Assembly (NCBI GenBank): GCA_030264375.1
Contig: JASCQW010000119.1
Location: 56,312,408-56,376,407 of the forward strand
Direction of reading: 5' to 3'
DNA length: 64,000 nt
DNA from: Carcharhinus longimanus
Taxonomy: Eukaryota
In this document: in pieces, positions 24,111 to 35,430 of the stretch
Layout of the letters: the number at the start of each line of letters is the position of its first letter
Position numbering within the stretch: position 1 is the stretch's first letter
The notes under the pieces: generated by a model
Told to the model about the DNA's origin: nothing
Databases searched by the model: none
What the model saw: only the letters and a program-made list of their open reading frames with translations
Made by a program: the position numbers and the translations under genes

Positions 24111-24534
24111 GTAAGTGGGAATACTTCAAATAAGTTTAATTTAATGTATCAAATACAATGTATGAAATACAAAACATTGTCTAGGTTGCAACTAGAATTT
24201 TGTGTAGATTTTGGCTGCAATATCTAAAAGAGTGTTAAGACCAAAAGAAAGCATAAAGATAGGTTTTTATTCATATAGCACCATTCCCATTCAGAATGTC
24301 CGTAAGCACTTTACATTCATTGAAACATTTTTGAATTATTTCTGTTGTAATTTAGGAAACATAGCAGTTAATTTTCACATACCAAGTAAAATGGAAAGTA
24401 CTAGAAAAACTCAGCCAATCTGGCAACATCTGTGGAAAGAGAAACATGTTTTGAATCCATGTGATCCTTCTTCAGAGTTTGCACACACAGCAAGCTCTCA
24501 CTAACAACAAAATTACAATGATCAGATAATTTTT

Positions 24535-25150
24535 TTTAATTCATTCGTGGGACATGGGTTTTGCTGTCCAGCATCTATGGCCCATCCCTAGTTACTCTTG
24601 AAGGGCGTTTGAGAGTCAACCACATACCTGTGGCTCTGGAGTTACATCCAGGTCAGACCAGGTAAGAACGGCAGATTTCCTTTCCTAAAGGATATTAGTG
24701 AACCAGATGGAATTTTCTGACGATGGTTCCATGGTCATCAGTAAATTCGTAATTTCAGGCATTTGTTATTGGATACAAATTCCACCATCTGCCCTCGCAG
24801 GATTCGAACCCAGGTTCCCAGAACATTAGCAGAGTTTCTGGAGCAACACTAGATAAAAGCAAATTACTTCGGATGCTGGAATCTGAAACCAAAAGAGAAA
24901 ACGCTGGAAAATCTCAGCAGGTGTGGCAGCATCTGTAAGGAGAGAAAAGACCTGAAGTTTCAAGTCGAGATGATCCTTTGTCAAAGCTGACCCTTTATCC
25001 AGCTTTGACAAAGGGTCATCTGGACTCAAAATGTCAGCTCTTTTCTCTCCTCATAGATGCTGCCAGATCTGCCGATATTTTCCAACATTTTCTCTTTTGG
25101 GCTTCTGGAGCAACAGTCTAGCGATAATACCACTAGGTCATGGCCTCCCT
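24535..25150 (-). mobile_element. tRNA-derived SINE family C (resembles SlmI/MetaSINE-type core), interrupted at 24853-25100
   Basis: cagaccaggtaagaacggcagatttcctttcctaaaggatattagtgaaccagatgg core; B-box ggattcgaaccc; head ataataccactagg. Confidence 0.8.
24853..25100. mobile_element. Penelope-like foldback element (inverted ~100-bp arms) with TSD
   Basis: Arms 24889-24989 and 25000-25100 are reverse complements around a 10-nt loop; flanked by ttctggagcaaca(gt)ctag on both sides. Confidence 0.75.
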
Positions 25151-25424
25151 CTTCTTTTAAACAATGTTGTTTGAGGTATAATATTGGTCAAACCCCAGCA
25201 TTATCTTACCAATCTTCTTTCAAATAGTGCATTGACCTTTTACATCCAACTGAGAAAACAGACAGAGCCTCAATTTAACATCTCATGTAGTGCATCCAAC
25301 AGTGTAGCACTCTCTCAGTGTTGTATTGAAGTATCAGCCTTGATTGTTATGCTGAATTTGTTGACTAGGGCTTGAACTTACAACCTTCTGACTCAGAAGC
25401 AAGAGTGTTACCAGCCACTACAGA

Positions 25425-25768
25425 AGAAATTTGCCAAGAAGATAACATGAATAAAAAGTTCAGATTTTATGTTACTTTCTTTCACTAGAACAAAAGAAAA
25501 TTATCTGATATAACTGTTTAGGATTATGAGGCATGTAGATTAGTTCAACAGTGGAAATCTATTTCATTGGTTAATGAATATTCAACTAGAGGATGAAAAT
25601 TGTAATCATTAACAAATAAATGAGGGAGAACATCTTTGAGGTTTATAAGCATTTGGAATGGCCTTCCACAAATTCTATATGACAGAAAATTCACAATAGC
25701 TTATAAAAAAGGAAGTGGATAAGTATTTGAAAAACAATAGGGCGTGGTGAAAGCAGGAGAATTGGACT
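25425..25768 (+). mobile_element. Old CR1 3' end
   Basis: tggaatggccttcca (WNxLP), aaggaagtggataagtatttgaaa, ggtgaaagcaggagaattggact. Confidence 0.6.
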
Positions 25769-26105
25769 TTGCAACTCACCAAGGCTTTTTCTAAAGCAGC
25801 TTCCAAGCCCCTGTCCTCCATCACCAAGAATGACAAGGGCAGCAATTGTGTGGGAACACCACTGCCTGAAAATTCGCCTTCCGAGCCACACATCATCCTG
25901 ACGTGGAAATATGTCACCGTTCTTTCACTGTCACTGGGTCAAAAACTTGGAACTCCCTCTCTAACAGCGCTGTGGGCTTACCAACAGTGCTGTTAGAGAG
26001 GTTCAAGAAGGCAGCTCAGCACCACCTTCTCAAGGACAATTAAGGATGGTCAATAAGTGCTGGCCTTGCCAGTGATAAAAACATCCAGTGAAAGAATGTT
26101 TAAAA
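25769..26105 (+). mobile_element. CR1-group LINE family D 3' end (tail shared with SINE family C)
   Basis: gggtcaaaaacttggaactccct (GSKTWNSL), aagaaggcagctcagcaccaccttctcaagg, caattaaggatggtcaataagtgctggcc. Confidence 0.8.
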
Positions 26106-26349
26106 AAACAGTCTACTTGCATTGGAGTTTCAGAGAGCTGCAAGATTCAAAATGGACTGTTTTGTGAGATGTTTCTTCTCTTCTATACCTCTCACAATTT
26201 TGAGATGTCTCAGAATACTTTACAACTAAATCTGTTCTTTAGAATTATAGTGACTGTTGTGGTGTAATTGGCATCCTGCATCAATAAAAAAGCAACGATT
26301 GTATGAATTTACTGAACAGAAATGTCAAATGAATTGCTGGTGGGCAATT

Positions 26350-26660
26350 AGAATCATAGAATCCCTACAGTACAGAAGGAGGCCATTCGGCCCATCAAGG
26401 TTACACTGACTGACAACAATCCCACCCAGGCTGTATCCCTTAATCCCACACATTTACTGTGCTAATACCCCTGAAACTAGGGGTGATTTAGCATGGCCGG
26501 AGTATCTAACCAGCACCGCTTTCGAACTGTGGGAGGAAACCTGAGCACCTGGAGGGAAACCCACGCAGACATGGGGAGAATGTACAAACTCTATTGACAG
26601 CCGTCCAAGGCCGGAATTGAACCTGGCACCGTGACGCAGCAGCGCTAACCACTGTACCAA
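26350..26660 (-). mobile_element. HE1 V-SINE, tail A
   Basis: tagaatcatagaatccctacagtacagaaggaggccattcggccc tail plus V-domain. Confidence 0.9.
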
Positions 26661-27087
26661 CTACAAGGAGATAGTCTGTTATAATTGCGATGAGTAGCAC
26701 AAGATTATGAATTAGTATTTATATAGTTGCACTGTGGCCTTAAAGGGTCATTGCCTTTATGGGAATTATTTGCCAACTTCTTTTTTGTTTCAAAAGAGCG
26801 GAGAGGTAATTATTTCCATGAGTGATGACATCATGTGCAATTGATATCATTGACATAATTTATGTAATTGATTAGAGTGGGTTATCAAAGAGCTTTTCGT
26901 GAAGGCTGCGTCCCTTTAACTTAAACCAGCTGTGTTTTGTTGGAAAGCCAGTTAACATTCTAACTGGTTTTGTTTTGGACAGACCACCACAAGCAAGTGA
27001 ACTTGGTGCAAATGCATTGTATTCACTGACCAATAAACTAATCTTCATGGGAACTGCATTCAGTACAATGACTGCAAAGACCTCGCT

Positions 27088-27228
27088 ATGCAATTTTCCC
27101 ATCCTGCCCACCATGGGAATTGTAACGGGTGTGTGGTGGGGGGGGTGGGGTGAAAACATGCAAAGATCCCTTGACCTTGGGCGGGATTTTCCGGCCTTGG
27201 AACAAGCGTGGCTGGAAAATCCCACCCA
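27088..27228. mobile_element. Short GC-rich hairpin MITE-like element
   Basis: gggcgggattttccggcc...ggctggaaaatcccaccc inverted repeat; related pieces at 37168-37245. Confidence 0.5.
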
Positions 27229-27539
27229 CAAATGCCATACATTAAGAGGCTGTACCCTTAATGAGTATAGGCTGCACTCAGATTCCAATGCTGTGNNNNN
27301 NNNNNNNNNNNNNNNNNNNNNNNNNNNNNNNNNNNNNNNNNNNNNNNNNNNNNNNNNNNNNNNNNNNNNNNNNNNNNNNNNNNNNNNNNNNNNNNTACAT
27401 TGCATGTCAGTTCCTACCATGTTGGATCTACATTTAAACAGCATTGATATGCATCATTATTTTCAAGTTGCAGTCCATGAGTTATTATCGGGAGCCACCA
27501 TCTCCCTCAGTTGCTGGGGAAAGAATATCCATGTCAAAG

Positions 27540-27885
27540 AGTCTGAGCTTTGTGAACAGGGCATAGGTAAGGTAAATAACTCAGGTCTTTTCCCCAGTGA
27601 AAAATAGAGGGCATAGCTTTAAGGTGAGAGGGGAAAGATTTAAAAGGGATCTGTAGGACAACTTTTTCACATAGAGGGTGGTGCGTATGTGGAATGAGTT
27701 CCAGAGGAGGTGGTAGAGGCGGATACAATTACAACATTTAAAAAACATTTGGACAGGTACATGAATGGGAAAGATTTAGAGGGATATGGGCCAAATGCAG
27801 GCAAATAGGACTAGTTCAACCTAGGAGACCTGGCCGGCATTGACGAGTGGGGCTGGTTTTGGTGTTGTCTATCACTATGATGCTA
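27540..27885 (+). mobile_element. CR1 3' end
   Basis: agagggcatagctttaaggtgagaggggaaagattt...tggaatgagttccagagg...acatttggacaggtacatg. Confidence 0.85.
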
Positions 27886-29191
27886 CAAGCACTTTAAGAC
27901 AAAGCATGCTGTCAACTTAAGGGTAAAACTATGGCTGTCTCTTCCTCAAAAAGGCGTATTATTACTGAAAATGGTGCTGGTTTTAGTTTATCTTCTCACT
28001 TTCCTACTGAATCCAGGGCTGACATTTGGTATAACACATCAAAGAAAAACGTGTGTCCATTCCTGCTTGTAACATTACAGATGAGGAGTGACGGTGAGTT
28101 ATCTTCACTCCCATAACCACAGTGATATGGAAGAGGAACTAAAGAGCTTCAGTGAATGGAAGGTTCCATGGAGAATTGAATAAAAATCTTAAAATGTAAA
28201 ACATAGAAACCAGGGAAGATGGAAAATCTCTCCGTAAGTGAACAAATATTTCCTTTGATAATACTCCGGATTGTGTGACAATTCAGATGAATAGAGCCCT
28301 GTTAGCAACATTCCATTAAAAGCAATTAATTTAATAGTTATATGCACCGTGACAATTTTGGAGGATTTAATTTCTATTCATGTTCCATTAACTCATCATC
28401 AGCCCAATGTAAATCGTTGTGCACGCAACTAATTGACTACAAGAAAAAATGGTCTTGTCAAGTTGTTCTGATATGAATCCCCCCAGAAAAACCGCAGGGA
28501 GACTAAAAAACCAGACTAAACATCCATTTACAAAACTGCTACTAACTAAAGATTGATGCTATCAATCGTTACGGACATCCCTCTCTGCACTGAGATTTAC
28601 AAAGGAAGTGGTATGTGTTTCATTGTAAAAGTAAATCACAAAGGAAATAGATTTCAAAAAGACCAGAAAGAGCTTAGATGTGGTTAAATCAATACAGAAT
28701 GTGCCACAGGTAATGCATCTCAAAATTACTTATTTAACATGGGGTTGGGCTTCTAATTTTCCTCTAAAATTTTTAGGAGGTATTGTAGTGTTTGATCAAA
28801 ACACGAGGCTATTTATTTAAAGGAGGGAGTAATCTTAAGAATCACACGCTTGGGAATTGTTTGAAGCATGACATTTGGGAATAAATAGTTGAATTACATT
28901 TGGATGACCCTTCTTTGGCATCTCTTCCACGGCAGGTAGCAGAATTCACATGTTTCTCAGGACTCAGATACAGGAAAGCCTATACCCTGTGCGATTGAGC
29001 AAAATAGCGAGCATTTATATCACATTTCATCAACCAGAACCACTTCAAATAGAATCAGAGCTGGTTCTCTTGGCTATTATTGGTCTGGGATGGGTCCCAT
29101 TTATATTGCACACTTGTGATTGTAACATTTGTTTTCTGGTTATAGGCCTTCCCCTTTTGATTTGGAAGGAATCGTACAAGCTAATCACTTA

Positions 29192-29445
29192 GATTTGATT
29201 TGATTTATTATTGTCACATGTATTAACATACAGTGAAAAATGTTGTTTCTTGCGTGCTATACAGACAAAGCATACCGTTCATAGACAAGGAAAGGAGAGT
29301 GCAGAATGTAGTGTTACAGTCATAGCTAGAGTATAGAGAAAGATCAATTTAGTGCAAGGTAAGTCCATTCAAAAGTCTGACAGCAGCAGGGAAAAAAGCT
29401 GTTCTTGAGTTGGTTGGTACGTGACATCAGACTTTTGTATGTTTT
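29192..29445 (-). mobile_element. Rex1/Babar LINE 3' fragment
   Basis: (gattt)n tail, tattgtcacatgtattaacatacagtgaaaa; TYKSLMSRTNQLKNSFFP on -. Confidence 0.85.
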
Positions 29446-29879
29446 TGTACCTTTTTGTATCTTTTGTATCTGTACAAATGAGTCAAATGTTTTTTGGAAT
29501 CTATAAAATCTGTTTGGAGGAATGTGCAATAATAAGTTAACAGCAATTCAGAAGATCTAGTGTATCCAAGCCTATTGCTGCAGTAATTAATACCGCAAAC
29601 AAATACTTAAATTAATAATACAGAATGTACTACTGGAATAGTACATCCAAACACATTTTTAGCGGGAGGGTAGAATAATTTTAACAAAAGCCATCCCTAG
29701 GTTACTCCTTTGCAACTACTCTTAGCCACTTTCGACAGGCTTTGAGGAAATGTGAGAATAGTTAGATGCAATTGTGCTATTGATTGAGGTCAATGGGAAG
29801 TGGGAAGGAAAATAGAAGTTTATGACAACAATTACATTAATATTTACAGGGGATACAAAGACTTCACTAATATATTCCA

Positions 29880-30115
29880 TTAAAATGCCCCAAGGCACTT
29901 TGCCTTATGAACAAATATTGAGCGAATAATCAAGATATTAAGACAGATGACCAAACATTTGGTCAATGAGGCAAGTTCTAAGGAGTGTCTTGAAGGGGGA
30001 GAGAGGTATAGAGGTGGAGAGGGTGAGGGAGAGAATTGCAGAGCCTTAGGAACAGACAGCTGAAAGCATGGCTACCAACGATGGAACAATTAAAATTGAG
30101 TAAAATCAAAAGGGC
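29880..30115 (-). mobile_element. L2 LINE 3' fragment
   Basis: Similar to 16943-17200 (gagtgtcttgaagg...cagctgaaagcatggctaccaacgatgg). Confidence 0.65.
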
Positions 30116-30843
30116 TTAAAATAACATACAATACAGGGCCAATGTAGTCTGTTTTTCTGCCAGATTGGAATACCAAGGACTTTTTTACATTGCAGACAAA
30201 ATGGAAGTATAAAATTTTTCCCTGTTCCAATAAGAATTGACACAGTTGGTAACACCAATTGCAGCCAATGTTCATTCTGATTCGTTCATGGGATGTGAGC
30301 GTCACTAGCAAGACCAGTATTTGACACCATTCCATTCAGAAGTTGGTGGTGTGGTAGTGCGGAATTCCATGTGATGCAGTTACACCCACAGAGAGGGAGT
30401 TCCAGGTTTTCGTCTTAATGACATTGAAGAAATGGCAAGTTCTAAGTCAGGATGTTCCGTAGCTTGGAGATGAACTTGCAGACCGGTGTGCTCCCATGTG
30501 TTTACTGCCTTTGTCCTAAGTGGTTTGGAAGCTGCTGTCAGAGGAGGTTTGTCAAGTTATTGCAATGCATCTTGTAGATAGTGCACACCGCTGCCACTGT
30601 CCACTGATGGGAGAGGGAGTAAACCTTTGAGGTGATGAATATGGTACCGAACAAGCGGGCTGCTATTCCTCTTATCGGAACTGGGAAAAATTTGAAACTT
30701 CCATTTTGTCTGCAACATGAAGTAGACCTTGGCCCTCCACTCTGGCAAAAAAGCAGACTATATTGGCCCTGTATCGCGCATTACTTTAGGCCCCTTTGAT
30801 TATATTCAATTTTAATTGTTCCATTGTTGGTAGCCATGTTTTC
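30064..30843. repeat. Inverted duplication: 30064-30235 versus 30670-30843
   Basis: Reverse complement of the left arm aligns along the whole right arm, e.g. cttccattttgtctgcaa, cagacta.attggccctgtat, tcaattttaattgttccat.gttggtagccatg. Confidence 0.9.
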
Positions 30844-31985
30844 CTCAATGGTGTTGAGCTTCTTGAGTGTCGAAGCTGCAGTCATCCAGGCAAGTGGAGA
30901 GTAATCCATCACACATTTGATTTGTGCCTTGTAGACGGTGGACGAGGTTCAGAGAGTCAGGAGGAGAATTGCTTGTTGCAGAATTTCCAGTTTCACACTT
31001 GCTCTTGTAGCCACAGGATTTACACGGCTGGTCCAGTTCAGTTTCTAGGCAATAGGGAACCCCAGGTTGGTGACAGTGAGGAATTTAGCGATGCCATTGA
31101 ATGTCAAAAGTAGGTGGTTAGATCCTGTCTTGTTGGAGGCGTCATCACCTGGCACTTGTGTGGCACAAAGGCTGGTTGTAATTTATCAGCTGAAACCTGA
31201 ATGTTGTCACGGTTTGCTGAACATGGGCACAGACAGCTTCAGAATCTGAGGAGTTGTGAATGATACTGAGCACAGTGCAGTAATTAGCAAATATCTCCAG
31301 TTTTGACCTTATGTCGGAAGGAAAGTTATTGATGAAGTAGCTGAATGTGGTTGGGCTTAGAACACTAGCCTGAAAAATCTTGCAGGAATATTTTGTGGCT
31401 CCAATGGTCAGCCTCCAGTAACATGGCCATTTTCTTTTGTGCAAGGTGTAACTCATAGACTCATAGAGGTTTACAGCACAGAAACGAGCCCTTTGACCTA
31501 ACTCATCCATGCCGCCTCTTTTTTAAACCTCTAAGCTCCAGTTGCCTTTTAAAAACTCCAACCTGTGGAGAGGTTTACTCATGATTCCCATTGAATTCAA
31601 TTTTGCTGGGGCTCCTTGACATTACACTTTGGTCAAATGCTGCCTCAGTGTAGACTGATGAAGTAGTGATTGGCTGGATTTTGTGGACAGGACATATCTG
31701 TGCAATTTTCCACACTGAAAGCTAGATGCTAGTCTTGTAGCTGTGTTCGGACAGCTTTGCTAGGGGCGCGGATAGATTTGGAGCACAAGCCTTCAGTACT
31801 GTAGCTACAATGTTGTCAGTGTCCATAGACTCTGTTGTGCCTTCAGCTGTTTCTTGACATCACTTGGATTGAGTTGAATTGGCTGAAGACTGGCATTTGT
31901 GGTAGTGGGGAACCCCAGTGGGAGGGCAAGATTGATCACCCACTCGGCACTTCTGCCTGAAGACGGTTACAAATCCTTATCCTTT
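30278..31985 (-). pseudogene. CR1-group LINE family D, RT to 3' end, decayed
   Basis: QASVLSPTTFSYFINNFPSDIRSKLEIFANYCTV (PQGSVLGP/FADDC-like) on -; tail at 30278-30335; CR1 tail insert at ~31452-31545. Confidence 0.85.
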
Positions 31986-33414
31986 GCTTGTGGTTTGGTG
32001 TAATCTTTAAGTAAGTAATATGTACCTGCATACCTAAGGCCCAAATTGTGCAAGTAAACATTTTGTAGTGTGACTGAATTATTGGGTGCATAAACCAGAT
32101 CCTCAGACCACACTAACAGTGTTAGCAGTAGCATAAACATTGACTTCTCACCATGTCAACAAAATCCCTCATTGTTCAAAGGGAGCTTCTCACCGTATAA
32201 GCATGACAAGTGATTATGTTTATTAAATTCCCGATCTTACAGCTGGGACTTCTGATTATAGAAATGAGATTCTAGATGGTGTAACTGAGCAACTTGTAAA
32301 TCATGCATGTGACCACATAAACAAGGGTTCTGTCTACGTAAATGACAATTCTGGGGACTGGCTATAAAGTGGATTCTGGATCATATGAACATGGTAACTA
32401 ATGGCAAAGAACATCTGACCTTATAAATGAAACTGCTACAACTTTAACTAGGCTGCAGCTAAAGTAAATGTCACAGAACGGCATACAGGTATTTTTTTTA
32501 AATAAATGATGAACTTATAAAAAGGATTACTAAGTGTAAATATTGATATTAATTGAGCAAACATGGCTCCTATACAAGTAACTACAGCTCCTAATTATTT
32601 AAGTGGTTCTCTGATCATGTAAACACCACTCTTAGCTGTGCAAATGTACCTCCCTGATTGTGTGACAAGTGTGCCTGATTTATGTAAGCAGGACACTTGG
32701 CGGTGCATAGAGCACTCCTAATAGTAAAATACTACTTGAAACTGTGTGAATTAGGATTCTATTTATGTAGACAAAGTTACGTAGCATTTACTGCATTGGC
32801 ACAGGCTGTTTGGTCCAATGAGTCGATACTGATGTGTGGGCACAACATGAGGCTCTTCATCGAACCCCATCAACATCCTCCCAAACATCGGTACTGATTG
32901 TAAAAATAACTTTTAATTATGCAAATAACATTCCTCTTCAGATAAATAGGACTCTTGATAAATAGAAATAGGATCTTCACTATGGAAGTAAAGTTCCTGA
33001 TCATGTAATTTGATTTCCAAATTGTGCAGATAGAGCACTAATTACGCAACCATGGTAACCAAACTCATACATGAGTCTGCAATTGGTTCCCAGTGTATAA
33101 GTGCAACTTTATTCCTGTAAAGGCTGCTACTGATTGTGTAATTTGACCTCAATAGCAATCCTGTCAATCAGATTCCTTCTTACATTAATGAGACTTCCTG
33201 ATCAAGTGGATGTTGCGACTGGGCAGAAAGACACATCGCCTTATCCTGCAAGGAGAATGCCTCGATGTACAAGTACAGTTGCTAAGTGTAAATGATGAAC
33301 AGTGTTTCTAGTTTGCAAGTGGGGTACTGACCATAGGGATGCTTGGTGGAATGGAGTAAGTTAAACTTTGGTGCATGTATATGTGAAATATGAATATTTT
33401 TCACATAGACTCAT

Positions 33415-33700
33415 GGGCAGCACGGTGGCACAGTGATTAGCACTGCTGCCTCACAGAGACAAGAACCTGGGTTCAATTCCCGGCTTGGGTCACTGTGTCT
33501 GCACATTCTCCCCGTGTTTGCATGGGTTTTCTTTGGGTGCTCCGGTTTCCTTCTGAAAGCTGTGCTGCTTAGGTGAATTGACTGTGCAAAATCCCCCCTC
33601 AGTGTACCCGAACAGGCGCCGGAGTGTGGCAACTGGAGGATCTTCATAGTAACTTAATTGCAGTGTTAATGTAATCTTCGTGGTGACTAATAAATAAAAT
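33415..33700 (+). mobile_element. HE1 V-SINE, tail B
   Basis: gggcagcacggtggcacagtgattagcactgctgcc...gtaacttaattgcagtgttaatg...gactaataaataaa. Confidence 0.92.
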
Positions 33701-33702
33701 TT

Positions 33703-33843
33703 GACTTTGCTGGACAGTGTAAAACAGGCATCAGGGACTTGTCAGCCCATTCTACAATGTCTTCGTTTCAGGAGGGCTGTAAAATGGGCTGACCGATTTG
33801 CTGCTGTCCGTTTTGACCTGTTGTGAAAAGCCACGAGTTATCC
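33703..33843. mobile_element. Palindromic MITE-like element
   Basis: gtcagcccattctaca / tgtaaaatgggctgac inverted pair; related copy at 48385-48522. Confidence 0.45.
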
Positions 33844-34647
33844 CAAAGTGTTTGGAGTCACCGAGCCTGACTCTTAGATGCGTGGATGAGGCTTTTGATT
33901 GTGCAATCAAATCTCACATTATCTAAATATTACTTCAGCTGGCAGAAGAAACGCTTTAGTATTTCTGCCTTTCTAGTTTATTTTCATGCGGCTTTTTTCA
34001 GTCGATGTTTTCTCAGGCCTACTTGATTGGGCGTTTCCTTGACATAATGAACTTATCATAATGCCTAGCCGATATTTAAATGTAATTCTTTGAGCCTTCT
34101 AATAATAAAGATCCACTGAATGATTTGGTCCTCCTGCTGTAGGTAAAGCAATAATGTTGTTTGATCTCACTGATGCTTGTAGCTGCACTGAGTTGATTGC
34201 CAATGATAAACCAAGGCAACAGTAATTACCTTTAGAAAGGGAATACAACTCATTTACTCAGGCAAAGTAAAGGGAATTGGGAGCAATTTCATTCTAATTA
34301 CCATCAGGCTCATCTGTTTCAGTTGCAGCTAACTCCTATTTATGTAGACATGAGCTCGAAATTACCAACCGATGCACATGGCATGTTATATAATCTCTTC
34401 ACTTTGTGCGTGGAAATCACATAAGGCATCAGCCTTCTTTATAAACACTTAATGGCCTAGCCTACAGTACTGGGAGAATCATTATTCACTGTACAGTCTG
34501 GCTGAGCAGCAGTAGTCAATGGAGTGCTTCACTGTGACATAAGGCACTTACACATTGAAAATGTGCCACCATCAGTAGTATTTCAACCCTCAGTGTCACT
34601 TATCAAAATAAAATATCTGGCCTCCCATGATTCCAATGACATTTGTT

Positions 34648-34875
34648 TAAAGTTTATTTGCAATGAAGTTACTGTGAAAATCCCCTAGTCACCACACTCC
34701 AGCACCTGAGGGAGAACTTAGCTTATCAATACACCTAACCAGTACATCTTTCAGATTGTGGGAGGAAACCCACGCAGACACAAGGATAACGTGCAGACTC
34801 CTTATAGACAGTGACTCAAGCCAGGGATCAAACCCGGGTCCCTGGCACTGTGCTAACCACTGTGCCATGGCGCCA
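34648..34875 (-). mobile_element. HE1 V-SINE, tail B (internal deletions)
   Basis: gcaatgaagttactgtgaaaatcccctag...ggaggaaacccacgcagacac...tgctaaccactgtgcca. Confidence 0.88.
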
Positions 34876-35279
34876 CCCCACATTTGGGATCCAAATTTTT
34901 TATGTATCATGAGAATGGAGGATGGATGAATGAAAGCAAATATTTGTTTCCTTTTAGCTCTCCAATAAGACCCTTAATTACCAGTGGCACACATCTCTGG
35001 TAAGAAAAAAAAGGGGCAGTTTTCACAAAGCTCCAATGTAAACGTTGCTGTAGGGGACTCTGTACTGTGTCATAGGTTCCCATCCCTGACTCCTGCATTG
35101 AGAGTGATAACTAAGGCAGCAGTAATTACCATAGTCGCTCATGAAATTCCCATATATAACAAGGTAGGGATCCACTTAAGTTTCATGAGTACTGGTTTCT
35201 GTTTATATTTCAGGATAATGAAATGGACAGTGCCTAAATATTACAACTCATCTCATTCTTCCTAAATAAAGCCTAAATA

Positions 35280-35430
35280 AGTTCACTAATGTCCTTTAGG
35301 GAAGGAAATCTGCCATCCTTACCTGTGACTCCAGATCCACAGCAATGTGGTTGACTCCAAGGACAAGTAGAAATGGCCAATAAATGTTGGCCAGCCTGTG
35401 ATGCCCATGTACCATGAATAACTAAAAAAA
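35280..35430 (+). mobile_element. SINE family C 3' half
   Basis: gttcactaatgtcctttagggaaggaaatctgccatccttacc...aataaatgttggccagcc...atgaataactaaaaaaa. Confidence 0.85.

Larger units (their letters stand above)
24262..25420 (-). mobile_element. SacSINE1-like Deu-SINE, interrupted by nested elements
   Basis: Reverse complement of the 63025-63370 element; tRNA-like head ccttctgactcagaagcaagagtg at ~25385-25410. Confidence 0.7.

Noticed and set aside
29433-29475. (ttttgtat/c)n short tandem array
   Set aside because: Slippage at the truncation point of a Rex1 insertion; no further structure.
33415-33490. tRNA-like A/B boxes at SINE heads
   Set aside because: They continue into the V-domain and tail, so they are SINE heads, not tRNA genes.
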